DNA from: Marsupella aquatica
Taxonomy: Eukaryota > Plantae > Marchantiophyta
Length of the DNA stretch: 64,000 nt
Assembly (NCBI GenBank): GCA_973895155.1
Contig: OZ316895.1
Location: 1,238,435-1,302,434 of the forward strand
Direction of reading: 5' to 3'
The first letter of the stretch is position 1. The number at the start of each line of letters is the position of its first letter. The notes below the pieces were generated by a model, which ran no database searches, had not been told where the DNA came from, and saw nothing but the letters and a program-made list of their open reading frames with translations. Below, piece by piece: positions 37,206 to 50,070 of the stretch. The position numbers and the translations under genes are program-made.

Positions 37206-40193
37206 ATAAGGTTGATAGTTTTATGGACAAGTATGATACATACTCTTATATAGGGATTTGCACTTACATTTTCTCTTGTAGTAAGGTAGGTGCACTTAAA
37301 CAACTGTGAAAAAGGGAAGAAAGGCTGACCTTGCAATTAATCAGATCTTGCACTTGTAGGTGCACTTAAGAAGAGCTTTAAAAAACTGCAGAAATGTTGC
37401 AAAGCCAACAAAGTTTGGGGAAGAGGGCCACCAGATCTTGCACTTCCGGGGCACTTTTCATAAAGGGGAGGCAGCAGTTTGGAAGAATTAAGTTGATCCA
37501 TCGAATTCTTGTCCGTCCTTAAGAAACATGCAAAAACATTTGTCTTAATAGGGCTTGGGAATTCCAATCCTACCTGGAATTAGGTGGGACCCAGGTCTAA
37601 GCTTTCAAGGTGCCCAACTTTGTACAAAAAGATACACCACCCCTAGAGGATATCCAAAGTTTTGTTCTGTCTGCCATGCAAAGATGTCCCACTCAAGTGG
37701 GCCCCACAAAAGCTTAGAGTTGTTTTGGTCCACTTAAATTCAGTGGCACTCATAGTAGATTTGGAGGCTAAAGCTCAAACTGCCTACCTGGTTATGTAAA
37801 GTACATCTTTTACAGTACATGGTCCTAACAGAGTTGTAAGTAATGTGGGAAAACAGGAGTGACTGGACTGTTTTGTAGGCACGGATCCAGGGTGAGTTGA
37901 TTGCAGTCTCTCAGGTCTCCTACACAAAATTTGAATAGGGGCTGAAATTGCCAGACGAGCTTTGGGATGTGCTTTGCTCTAAGTCACCATGTAACGTATG
38001 GAACAGAGTACTACCAAACACAAAGTATACCACAGAGCAGTTCAAGCAAACACTTCAAATTGTGAGCACTACCAGTCACAACTTTCAAGCTCACTACTTC
38101 AATCCTCGCCCACAGAGTCCTGTTCCAATTTCAATGTGAGTGTGACACTGGGCTCTACTTCTACACACAACATGGGTTCTGCTCCAAACCATATCTGGCA
38201 GGTTAGTATGTATTATGAGCTTGTCGTAGTTGTAAAAACTTCTAAGAAAATAATACAAAAATGCAAGCTGCAAGCCAGTTGTGTAGCTTGGATGCGAGGG
38301 TGAATTCCCCTCTTGAAGCAAGAAATAAAAGCTCCCTGAAAGCCCATCACACTCAATACCAACGACTATAATATTAATCAGGAAGGACAGCACTATAGTG
38401 GGTGCATAACAATTTAACTTTTGAGGGGCATCACAAATCCAAGGGGCGAGTGCATGCACAGTAGGACACTGTGATAGTGTGTGGGCACTTTCTGTCCTCA
38501 CCTTCATTTAAGTCCCCAAAAGAAGGGGAGCCAAGCTCATCTCTCAAAAGGCGTGACAACATCTTTTGTTTGAAAATTTTCATTTTACTTTTTTGAATGC
38601 ACTTGACTACTGTACCTAATATTGACTACCGGAGCCATGCATTAAAATAAAACCAGCCACACATAATTGGCTAAGATGGCACATAACCGTGACCGTTCAC
38701 ATTTCGTTGGCTCAAGATGACGATAAAGTTCACCTTTCTTTTTCAGATTTTACATTATTAATCATACCCTTTTGACGTGGGGGGACGTGCTAATATCCTT
38801 GTTTCGGTTCGGATTCCACACTCCAGCTTACCTCATAGCTTATGCTGATACCAATAAACAAATACACCTTTGATTTCTCCTGCAACAAAGAACAATGGAG
38901 AATTATGAGCTCGAAACCAAAACCACTGTGACGAGGCAAAACATGACGGACTACAGTGCCTGACTGATTGGTGATTGAATTTAGTAACCTTCAATAGAAA
39001 TGATATCCTGCTCACCAAACCTTCGTAGTAGATTGATGGAGCCACCTTGTCCGTCCATTCACTGATCCGCCAGCAAGCTTCATCAATATTCTCTTGGGTT
39101 CTAGTGGCAGCCCGGCAGCAGCCTGTCCAATACGCCCATGCCACTGTGCCAGCTGAGAGAGACACAGAGACGTCCAGCCTCGTTTCTCAATTCAGATGAG
39201 GTCGTTCCCGCCTCACATCCAGTCTGGGGCAACGACAGAGTAGTACTCCGCTCTTTGCTCTGCTCTGCTCTGATCTCACGTCCTTAATTCGAGGCTCAAA
39301 TCTTTTTGAAGCTTTCCCACCCACTGAGGCAAACGCCGCCATTCTTATTTCATATGCGATAATTTTGGAAAGCTTTTGCTTGTCTAGCTAGGCGTGAGAA
39401 TAAATGGGTATCTCCGCCATTATGGGCCGTTCACGAATTGGAGTAACTTCCAGTAGAGCTCAAGAAATGTTTGAAGGGGTTGCACCCAATGTGGCTTACA
39501 TTTCTTCTCTAGCAATTTCTGTGGAGTTTTAGAGTTGGCTTGACGCTTATTATCTCGCCTGTGGCTCATTTGGAGGTTCCTCCTCGCCCAAATGGCAGTC
39601 TCTGTAGTTGAGGAATTGGATGATGGAGTTCACTGGCGTGTCATGGTTTTAAAGTACCGGTTCTGAGGGAAACTAAGTGGTCGGATTGGTCTTTGGGTCG
39701 TCGATAGTGGAGGAATGTATGGAATTTTTCAAAGACTATCGAGTTTTGTGCTTGTAAATTGAGCTGGTGAAACTTTAGAACTTCGGAGTGAGCAATTGGG
39801 GGTAGATTGGAGCAAAGCAACCAGTGGGCAAGCAGGAGGATGGGTTCCTTTTGAATTTGTCAACGGACATTCAGAAGGAGTGGAAGGTGCAACGTGCCAG
39901 TGGCTTGCTCTAAGGGCGAATCCTCGCCACGGCTGTTGTCCGGCCGCGTTCTTACTCTGGATAGCAGCTTCGGAGCTGAGGTTTTGAATGCCACTCGATG
40001 AATTTTATGAGAGCTTTCTGCAGAAGATGAATATTGGGTTAATGGCTATTCCCCTGGTAGACATCTTGGGTGGAGAGCCCGAGTACGTGTGTAAAATTAT
40101 TTTCCAAAATTGACTGAAAGAATTAAGTCATTATTGTTTGGTATGGCTGTTGAGAGAATAAGAATTCCGCGGGGGATCCTTTAGCCTGGGACA

Positions 40194-43100
40194 ATGGAGT
40201 GGAGAAAGCGGCGGCAGAACAAGCAGCCGCAGGAGGATGCTTGGGAAGCGAAGCTTGCGGCAGTAAAGGCTCCACCTCTCCCGAAATTTGTCTCTCAGAA
40301 GCCAGAGTGGGCAATCACAAATGGGAAGAGATTGCAAGAATCTCGTCCACCACTTCTGGATGGGAATCAAAATAGATTCAGGTCCAAGGCGGAGCCAGCA
40401 GAAGTCCACCTGCAAGAAACAGGTCTTCGAGTGTCTTTTCCGCTCAACCTTGGGATGGGACTCGGGATAGGAGGGGGCCTGAGTTCTAGAAACCTTGCCC
40501 TGAGAATTGTACATATCAAATTTGGTTCTGACATCTCCAGTCGGGCCGAAGACTCAACTTGGGGGGATGACATAATCAGGTATAAAATGGCCTACATTGA
40601 ACCAGAGGATTCCGAGTTCTAGCTGGATTAATTCAGCACCTGAGAATTATCTATGCGGAAACTCTGAGTTCTCACATAAGCAAGTTGAAGGAATTTGTGC
40701 GATGACCGTGATTATTTTAAGGGCGAAAATTTCGTGAAGTGGGTGCATGAGACTCTGATGTGGTTAGGCTGTCGTTCTGGAATGCTTACAGACAGAAGAG
40801 GAACGCCGAGAGCCTGGGCAACAAATTGGGTACAGCAGGCAATGTTCTGAATGCAGCAAGCATCCTCCTACTATCCCAGGTGGGTCAAAGCTTTCCATTT
40901 TGACGGTTGTTTCAGCTCTGGTTTTGGAACAACGGACATCATTACACTTTTCTCGTAAACATTTCAGGCTTTTAAAGAGCACGCAATGTGGTTTACTTTA
41001 TTCTACAAAATTCCGTTCATATCTGCATGCATTTAAAGGGAGGAGTCAGCTGGACACAAGACGAGATAGTTGAGGACCGCAGATATTGATTCAGGACTGG
41101 CTCCCGTTTGTCCAGACCTTCGGCGGACCGGCTATAACTGCTGCGATGACTTGTATGGCTGCTGCGGAATTTGGTCGATTTGCCATTCGACAAATTTTGA
41201 AATTCCTGAATAAAGAGTCAGATGCAGCGTATGGATTGGAGGGAAGACTGCCTTCACAAATTAAGGACTTCTCGACTGCATCTCTCCTTTTATCAATTGG
41301 AGTACCGGCTCTGAGTCGCTTCTACCCTGAAATATATGTACGTGATATGAAACAGAGTTGCTAAATTTTCAAAGCACTTCTCTGTAGGGAAATAGATCCC
41401 ACGAGTCGAGAAGCTTGCACAAAGATGATGTGTAGCATTTGTTCGAGGGACAAGTCGTAGGGTTTGGCGTCTTGAATTAGAAAGTGAAGATGAATAGATT
41501 TTCCCAATTTATGACCATGTCAGTCTCTCCAGCACGTGTTTCGTGTATACAAGGTTTCAGTGTTGCCAACCAACTCATACCTGGGCACCACAACAGTATG
41601 TTTGAAACAGTACGTGCTAAGATCACAATTATCAATCGTCTAGCAGCGACCGGCTTCATCAGTCAAGTTTTCTTCTCAGTTCCTCCTTGACAGCAGCCCG
41701 AACAGGGAACTTGTTTTAATGATAGTCCTCTTCAGCATGTCCTGAGAAGCTTTTGTGTATGTAATTTGCAGAGAACACTAGAAAGCCTGGGGGCAGCACT
41801 ACCAGCTGCTCTCGGTTATGCCCAAACCACAGCACAGGTGAAACGTCTTCCAGTAGGCAATGCTGGCGTGGGTGAGAATTTGTGGAGACAGCGTCATAGA
41901 TGGGCTGCTCGCCGCTTGTGTAGTTACCTATCCGACTTTCGGCAGTAAGTCCATCGCCCTTTGGAAAGTTGTAAACTTAGGCCTCAAAGGTCGTGGACCA
42001 AATCATCTATCTTTTATCTGCAAAGGTTGTGTATGGATCACTTTGGACAAAATTGCTTTTGGCAGGGCTATTAGGGTATGTCTATTTTAAAGTTTATTTC
42101 GTGATACCAATCTGAAGTAGTCTGAGTTACTTGTGCAGTCCTCCTACTGTTGGGTGGCTTGTGGACATGTGGGAGGACACAACAATTACTGTCATTCCAA
42201 GTATTTCTGACAAAGCTTGGGTCATAGGATCTACCCCACTGCCCCTTAGATGCTCAAAGCAATATTCATTAAAGAGACTTGACTCTTCAAAAGCTGTAGT
42301 CTCGGTGAAATTGTCTTCGAGTATACCCCCTGCATCTGAGAATATGCACACTCAAGACAACCTCTTTTCAGTTCCTCCAGTAGATGGAGTCGGGCAAATT
42401 CTTGCCTCAAGTTGGGGAGATGGGACAAACAACTTGTATCTGGAATTTAGTGAAGTGCAAAGAGGCTGGAAAAGAATTCAACAAAGGTCCTCCCTAGTAC
42501 TTCGGGGATGTTACCTGCTGATTGTGTTTAGCCCTGTCATCATTTTTGGGCCTGTGATATACTTTCTATCAACAGTCATTGTTGTCACATGGGCACTCAA
42601 GCTGAGAGAGGCACTTTGGTGGCTTCTACGTTTCTGCCTAGAGAAAGGAGGTGCTGCTTTCATAAAGTGGGGGCAGGTAAGCCACAGTTGTTCATCATAC
42701 ATTCTTTATTCCATTTACACTACGCGTTTTTCAGCCCTAGGTCTCTTTATTATAGTTATTGTACGTCGCAAACTTCTTCAGTTACTTATGTCTGTTGAAT
42801 GGGAAGTGGCTTCTGATCATGAAATTGTTTGTCTGATTCAAGTGGTCGGCAACAAGAGAAGACCTGTTTCCTGAAGATCTTTGCCGCTACCTGGCACGAC
42901 TGCATGACCAAGCACCTGAGCATAGCTATGCCGAAACTAGGACAGCAATTGTTGAGAATCTGGGTAGGTCAATTGAGGACCTCTTTGAGGATTTTCCCGA
43001 GAGACCTTGTGCATCTGGCAGCATAGCCCAGGTAGGAACTCTCACGTGAATACTATGTTCATTGTGGTCTTCATTTGGCTGAGATTTTGATTGGCTGTTT

Positions 43101-45910
43101 CATTTTTGAAAGTTCTACGACGCAGTGGGAAACGACGGGTGCTCTTCATATAATTGTGTGAAGGCATTCTAGGTTTATGGCCTCTCGTGTCTTTTCTGTG
43201 GCAGGTTTATAAGGCGAAACTAAGAGATCCGAGGGAAGGCATGCCTACAGAGGTTGCTGTGAAAGTAAGTTATTAGCTGCAGATGTTTAAATTTATTGTC
43301 AATGCTGGTAGTATGTCAAATATCAACTTGACCACCTTGTCAAAGATTAGTCTTTATCTTAGTCTGCACTCTAAGATACTCTGTATGAAATTCAGGTCCG
43401 GCATCCTTCGGTTGCTCTGAGAATTTACCAGGACTTCCAGATAATGGGTGCCTTGGCAAATTTGGTCCAAGAACTGCCACCCCTACGATGGCTGAAGCTC
43501 CGTGAAAGTGTGGACCAATTCTCTCACACCCTCACTGCGCAGGTGAGATTCACGGATTCTTGTCTTTCGGGGACTGTATTATCTGCTCTATGAGCTTAAA
43601 GTTAGATTTGTACATATGTATATTCTAACTAGCGCGACGAAGTTCAAATAGAGCTTCAGAGGGAACAGAGCACTTTGCAAGGTTGTTTTGTATTCTATCG
43701 TTGTCCTTAACAGTAAGGTGTATGTTGCTGTGCAGGCTGATTTGCGGGTGGAGGCCGAGAATCTGGAAAGATTTCATCAGAATTTTGAGACTTTGAATCA
43801 AACTGTAATCTTTCCAAAACTTGTTCCAGACCTGGTAAGTTGATCTCGATATCCTGCTCTACGATTGGGTTCGTATTCATAGTTTCCAAGCCGAAGAGGT
43901 CGCTAAGAACGGTAATAGCATCGTCGTCAAAGTAGAGAAATGTTTCAGAAACGTGTTTGCAACGAAATCTCTCTCCATTGAATCAAATTAGTGCCGAGAT
44001 TATTGTATGTCGTTTCAGGAGAGGTATGAGTATTACGAACTTGTGTCTTTTCACACAGGTTTCAGAAGGTGTTATCGTTGAAGGTTTCGAAAGAGGACAG
44101 GCTCTGCATGAGTTTCTTAGAAATCGGACTAGCCTGAATACTCAGGTCCGGACAATTGGATGGATGGAATTTTTTTATGTCAACAATGCTTTCATTTAGT
44201 ATGCCTGTGCAGTACAGTTGATAGGAACTGTGAAACAGAAGTTTTGATCATGTTTCCACTAGTTCCCTTGATGAGTGCTCGGGAGGGTTACCCGAAGGTA
44301 ATGTCACAAATGCTCCTTTGTTGCCCGACTGCGTCTCTTCTGTGATAAGGTTTTTAATATTGGTGAATTTCAATCGTCTTGTCTCAGATCGCAGCTGCAG
44401 GGGTTGATACATATCTGAAAATGATGCTGACTGACAACTTCGTGCACACTGATTTGCATCCAGGAAATATATTGGCAAGAAGTGCTGGTAGTTGTTCCGT
44501 AATTTACTCCATTAAAAAGCTTGATCGTTTTGTACTCTACTTTTCGCAAGAAATTGCTGATTATGGTTTATCTTAGTAATACTAACTCCTCTCTAATCAG
44601 GCAAGTTTGCATGCCCAGGTGATGGACAAAGCTTCCAACAGAAAATACAACTTGTGCTACTTGACTTCGGTCTTGCTGAGGAACTTACTCCAGTTGTTCG
44701 CTACCATTTTCTGTCTTTCATTATGATGATCGGTGCTGGTAATGGAGAGCATGCGGTACTGCACTGCTTCCCGTTTGGATTTTACTGTCACTAGAACAGG
44801 GTCTTTCCCTGAAGAGAGACCTTTCATTTCTGCTTTCTCTCGATTGTCGTTGACAAGATGATATGGATTATCTGCACGAACCAGCGAACTAATAGGCTGA
44901 CTTCTGCTTGTTCAGGCATATCATCTTCTTCAGTTTTCCTGGCCTCATGAGCAAAGGTGCAGAAATCCCAACTCATTGATCGAGGACATGAAGCACCTCT
45001 TTGCCCTAGAGTGCAACCTAAAGGACGCTCCTATTGATCTAAACAAAGTCTTGATAAAGGTAAAAGACTTCTTTTGTGCAACGTTTTTCATTGACATCTG
45101 AACCGAAACTCTTGAAACCATCTTTCTGTAGATTCTTTGCCACTCATTTTGCATCAAGTGTCTTTGTAGTGGCTTTCCTTGGTTCATCTTCAAATGCCTA
45201 TAGAGTTGCTGTAGACCGTCGGATGTAGTTGTCTATCGGTCTCTGTGTCTCACCAATCTATGAAGCTTTTGAATGTGGGTTCTGAGGAAACCCCTTTTGC
45301 TCCGAAAGTGGGGATAACTGGTCGCTGCGCTTAGATGACAATAATAGCCGTCGAGAAACTAGCGAATTGGCTCTATTTAATCTTGCAGGAAGACAGTATA
45401 ACTAGTCGAAAATGGGTTCCAAAAATCTGCCGAATGAGACTAGATGTGAACTTTCAAGAAGGAATCCAAGTAGAAAATAATAAAAGGTAGCTTACAGAGA
45501 AGGAAGTGGGTACCTTTGGATAATAAAGAAGACTGCAGTCTACAACTGGCACAGCTGATTCAAGAGGAGCATGAGGAGCATGACGAGCATTATTCCGGGG
45601 ATTGGGTTGACAGGGAACGGCGCTTCTTGAATACTAGTTAATCTTCATGTGGACGTGTAGTGTGTCTCTTAATTCTGAGCACTGGTTACTAATCTTTCAT
45701 TGATCTTGTGACTTTGGACAGGTCCTTCAATTATGTAGGAAGCACGAGGTTACGATAGATAGTGCATATGCCTCATTGGTGGTAGCAGTGTGTGTTCTTG
45801 TGGGGTTCGCTCGCAGTCTGGATCCTGAATTGTCAATAATGGATGCTGCAGCTCCATGTTTATTCTTTTACAACCTTACGGGCCGGATAATGGGCCAAAT
45901 CTATGGCTAG
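40194..45910 (+). CDS. ABC1K: ABC1/UbiB atypical kinase (ADCK2/Cqd1-like clade) with long N-terminal extension. About 14 exons: 40194-40579, 40768-40879, 41083/41095-41337, 41772-41944, 42139-42676, 42843-43031, then exons starting near 43205, 43397, 43736, 44079, 44388, 44601 and 44916, and 45722-45910
   Basis: AAFIKWGQ|WSATREDLFP (KxGQ motif), ASGSIAQ|VYKA, VAVK|VRHP, DLRVEA, NFVHTDLHPGNI, LLDFGL. The first four exons join in frame with matching splice phases but are less certain than the kinase core. Confidence 0.88.
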
Positions 45911-46732
45911 GATGATAATTCCGTAGTGGTGGAATCAGATCTATGCAACTACAGAACGCTTGGGTTCGTGCAGGGGAGCGCCCCCCCCCCCCCCCTCCTC
46001 GCCCAATCAGTAGGAAGAACAGGATCGTGTCCTCTCGTTGCAGAATGACTTTTCTTGTGGCCATTAATTTTTTGGGGAGGACCCGTCCCGCTTGTAGTTC
46101 TACGTAAGACGACACGACGAGATGCCATCATGACGAAACGAATACGCCAGGCCAAATAGCAAATTTCCTGTTTCACTTTTTGTGAAATTGGTGTGTACAT
46201 TATACAATTTGATTAGAGTGATTGACATGAATAAAGTTTCCGTTGTGGATATAACAAGCTCGGTGTATGCATTGCAGAATTTGATGATCACAGTGATTGA
46301 CAGGAGTAAAGTTTGCCTAGTGGAATCAGATTGGCGAAGTGAAGTTCAGTGTTCTCGAATCCTCCATCAAGACTATGCTGAAGCACACTTTTACCTCTAT
46401 GAAAATCATTAGAGTTTGAGCACACTGGAACATCACTAAAATTTGTTGACAGAAGTGTGTTGTAAAAGCGGATAATGATGGTCCTATGGACCCGCCCCAT
46501 GAATGTCTCGAGCTGCCTCTTGAACGAGCTCACTGAACTAATGATGGAGTGTCCCAAAGTCTCAATAGCACGGGGGATGAAGCTATGTGATGATGCTTAT
46601 GCTACATTTTTTGTTACTTTTGTTGTCGTCGCCCGTGTTTCTCCTCCACCTACCTGTGTTGCTCCCCACCTGGGTTGGCCAATACAACATGAGCCAAGGT
46701 ACGTTTGTCATCTTGTATCATGTCAAACTCAA

Positions 46733-46970
46733 TGTGAAATGTCTACATTACAGTGCAGAACCAGTGTTGTGGACCCATCCCAATAAAGTCCACGAAGGCG
46801 CATTGAGAATGATGGTCATGAGTGATTGCTGGTAGCACCATCACATGCTCAGACTCAATGCGTAATGTCTACATTACAGTGCAGAACCAGTGTTGTGGAC
46901 CCATCCCAATAACTCCTAAGTCCAAGAAGGTGCATTGAGAAAAGTGGTCATGAGTTGCTGGTAGTAACAT
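46733..46970. repeat. Tandem duplication, ~127-bp unit
   Basis: AATGTCTACATTACAGTGCAGAACCAGTGTTGTGGACCCATCCCAATAA occurs twice. Confidence 0.85.
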
Positions 46971-47323
46971 CATATGCTCCCTGTCGACTTAATTATGATG
47001 CTAGGTGTAGAATTGCTAATCGAGTCACAAGTCAAAACTTATGGTCACGAGAAGATATGATTTTGGGGTTAGAAATAGAGTACCAAAGTTGGTTTGAGGG
47101 TGACACTCCCTTAGAAGCAACGAGGGGAGTATGTTTTCTTAAACCCTTCACAAGTCATCTGTCGGCTGTAATCAATTGAAATTTGTCGATATTTTATCCA
47201 GACCAAGGGACGGACAGTAGCACAATGCACTGATGCATTGATTTCATGGAAAGCATAGGGTAGTTGTTGTCGTCCATGTGGATCCATGTGGATTTGATGG
47301 GTTTAAATCCCTAAACCCTAAAA

Positions 47324-47968
47324 CATACACTAACCAAACCCAGTAACTTCAAGTACAGCATTTGTAAACTTGCAAAGTAGAAACAGGGAAAAACTTTTGC
47401 CATTGATCGAAGGTAGAATTATACTAGGCGGGAAAAACCTTTTGGAGGTGGCCCAAAAAATGGGTAGATCGTAGAGACCCAGAAACTAACCACACACTAA
47501 CCAAACCCAATAACTTCAACTAAGGCGTTTGTAAACTTGCAAGTAGAAAGTGGGGAAAAACTTTTGCGATACCGATATCGTCCGAAGGTGGAATAATAGG
47601 CGGTAAAATCCTTTTGGAGGTGGCCCGGAAAAATGTTAGAGATCCAGAAACTAATCATACATTAACCAAACCCAGTAACTTTAACTACGGCATTTGTAAG
47701 CTTTCAAGCAGAAACAGGGGAAAAACTTTTGCCGTCCCGACATGGATTGAAGGTGGAATAATAGGCGGGAAATAACTTTTGGAGGTGGCTCGAAAAAATG
47801 GTAGAGATCCAGAAACTAACCATACACTAACCAAACCCAGTAACTTTAACTACGGCATTTAGAAGCTATCCAAGGCAGAAACAGGGCAAAAACTTTTGCC
47901 GTCCCGACATGGATCGAAGAAGGAATAATAATAGGCGGGAAAGAAGTTTTTGGAGGTTGCCCGAAAAA
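47324..47968. repeat. Tandem repeat, 4 x ~165 bp, directly upstream of CCT3
   Basis: CATACACTAACCAAACCCAGTAACTT starts units at ~47324, ~47491, ~47656 and ~47821. Each carries TAGGCGG(G)AAA...TTTTGGAGGTGGC. Confidence 0.92.
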
Positions 47969-48134
47969 CGGGGACACATGCATAAAACTTACTGTAGACC
48001 GCTGTATTTTGTATTTCTCTGCATATTAATTTTGGACTGGAAATGAAGCAGAGCGCTGATCAGGGTTCGGGCAGGGGCAGTGGGGCAGTCGGGCAGCGGG
48101 CGGGAGAGAGGTCCGGCCACAAGGAGGGAGCAAG

Positions 48135-48142
48135 AAACCCTA
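48135..48142 (+). promoter_or_regulatory. Telo-box (AAACCCTA) near the CCT3 transcription start
   Basis: Exact AAACCCTA ~260 bp upstream of the ATG. Telo-boxes are common in plant genes for translation and protein-folding machinery. Confidence 0.45.
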
Positions 48143-48396
48143 GACCTTCCGAAGGCCTTCACCTCTCGCTGTACTGCTATTGTGGGTGCGAGAGCGTTGC
48201 CTCTCGTTGTGCTCAATCTTTGGAATCCATCGCTCGTTGGACTCGTCGAATTCGTCCGCAATAGCAGCAGTAGGCTGAAGCATTGTTGTAAAGCTCGTCG
48301 GAGCAATCTCCCGAGGTCTGTTAATTGACATTCTGTCTCGTCCGCAACCACTGAAGGTCGAAGCAGTTTCTCAAGCTCTAGTCTCACTCCGTCGCA

Positions 48397-50070
48397 ATGC
48401 ATGCCCCGGTGCTCGTGCTGAATGACTCCACGAAGAGGGAGTCCGGGAGCAAAGTGCACCATGCCAACATCCAGGCCTCGAAGGCCGTCGCGGACATCAT
48501 CCGCACCACCCTGGGACCTCGATCCATGCTGAAGATGCTCCTGGACGCCAGCGGAGGAATAGTGCTGACCAATGACGGAAATGCAATTTTGAGAGAGTTG
48601 GACGTCGCTCATCCTGCTGCGAAGACCATGATCGAGCTCAGCCGCACGCAGGATGAAGAGGTCGGGGACGGGACGACGTCCGTCATCATCCTGGCTGGTG
48701 AATTCCTGCACGTTGCTGAGCAGTTCCTCGATCAGGGTTTCCATCCAACCGTTATATGCCGGGCGTACAATAGTGCACTAGAGCACGCCATCGCGGCCTT
48801 GGAGGAGGTCGCATTCAAAATCGACACGGAGGACAAGCAGATGATGCTCAACATAGTGCAGAGTTGCATCGGGACGAAGTTTACTAGTCGCTTTGGAACC
48901 CTCATCGCCGACCTTGCGATTAGCTCTGTGAAGATGATAGCTGTGGATCTGGGAAGTGGGCTCCGGGAGGTGGACATTAAGAAGTACATCAAGATTGAGA
49001 AACTCCCGGGTGGCCAGCTGGAGGATTCAGTCGTTCTTGATGGGGTAATGTTCAATAAAGATGTCGTGGCGCCAGGAAAGATGAGGCGGAAGATCAAAAA
49101 CCCTAGGATTTTACTTCTCGACTGCCCTCTGGAGTATAAGAAGGGTGAGAACATGACAAATGCCGAGCTCATGAAAGAGGAAGACTGGGCCACATTGTTA
49201 AAGATGGAGGAAGAGTATATTCAGAAAGTTTGCGCACAGATCATTGCTTTCAAGCCTGATTTGGTGATTACTGAGAAGGGCCTGAGTGATTTGGCTATGC
49301 ACTTTTTAAGTAAAGCGGGAATTTCTGCTATTCGAAGGCTGCGCAAAACAGACAACAACAGAATTGCTCGGGCTTCTGGTGCTACCATCGTCAACCGTAC
49401 AGATGAAATTCAAGAGAGTGATCTAGGAACTGGTGCTAGGCTTTTCGAGGTAAAAAAGGTTGGGGATGAATACTTTACGTTCATTATCGATTGTAAGGAT
49501 CCGAAGGCCTGCACTATCTTGTTGAGAGGACCGAGCAAAGATCTACTGAATGAGGTCGAGAGGAACTTGCACGACGCCATGGGTGTTGCTCGGAATGTGA
49601 TTAAGGATTCCAAACTTGTTCCCGGTGGAGGCGCATCGGAAATGGCTGTCTCAAATATACTCAAACAGAAGGGTTCTACAATTGATAGTGTTGAACAGTG
49701 GCCTTATCAAGCTGCTGCTAAGGCATTTGAAGTCATACCAAGGACATTGGCGCAAAATTGTGGAGTGAGTGTTATTCGAACTATGACTGCTCTTCAAGCT
49801 AAGCATGCCACAGCTGAAAACAGGAACATTGGAATAGATGGCAACACAGGAGTCGTCTCTGACATGAAGGAACTGGGCGTTTGGGATTCATTTGGGGTTA
49901 AGGTGCAGACTTTTAAAACAGCAATTGAGGCAGCTTCAATGCTACTTAGAATAGATGATATCCTTAGTGGTCTCAAGAAGAAGCAGCAAGGAGGTGGTGG
50001 AGCACCACAACCCCAGACGAAAGTTGAAGATGACAAGGATGTTGATTCTGAGCAGATGATCCCGGAGTAG
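48397..50070 (+). CDS. CCT3: T-complex protein 1 subunit gamma (CCT3). CDS has no introns.
   Basis: AVADIIRTTLGPRSMLKMLLD, TNDGNAILRE, EVGDGTTSV, CPLEYKKGE, RRLRKTDNNRIA, LLRIDDI. Uninterrupted 557-aa ORF. Confidence 0.98.
   Translation: MHAPVLVLNDSTKRESGSKVHHANIQASKAVADIIRTTLGPRSMLKMLLDASGGIVLTNDGNAILRELDVAHPAAKTMIELSRTQDEEVGDGTTSVIILAGEFLHVAEQFLDQGFHPTVICRAYNSALEHAIAALEEVAFKIDTEDKQMMLNIVQSCIGTKFTSRFGTLIADLAISSVKMIAVDLGSGLREVDIKKYIKIEKLPGGQLEDSVVLDGVMFNKDVVAPGKMRRKIKNPRILLLDCPLEYKKGENMTNAELMKEEDWATLLKMEEEYIQKVCAQIIAFKPDLVITEKGLSDLAMHFLSKAGISAIRRLRKTDNNRIARASGATIVNRTDEIQESDLGTGARLFEVKKVGDEYFTFIIDCKDPKACTILLRGPSKDLLNEVERNLHDAMGVARNVIKDSKLVPGGGASEMAVSNILKQKGSTIDSVEQWPYQAAAKAFEVIPRTLAQNCGVSVIRTMTALQAKHATAENRNIGIDGNTGVVSDMKELGVWDSFGVKVQTFKTAIEAASMLLRIDDILSGLKKKQQGGGGAPQPQTKVEDDKDVDSEQMIPE

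Noticed and set aside
37300-38500. Possible decayed transposon coding sequence, similarly 25100-25700 and 60200-60850
   Set aside because: Looks like eroded coding DNA, but no motif could be assigned with confidence by eye.
38833-39165. 110-aa minus-strand ORF divergent from ABC1K
   Set aside because: Non-ATG start and no homology recognised. It may be UTR or non-coding transcript.
47989-49193. Antisense ORFs of 251 aa and 153 aa over CCT3, and similar ones over PRMT7 and the Kir gene
   Set aside because: Shadow frames of real coding sequence with no recognisable domains.
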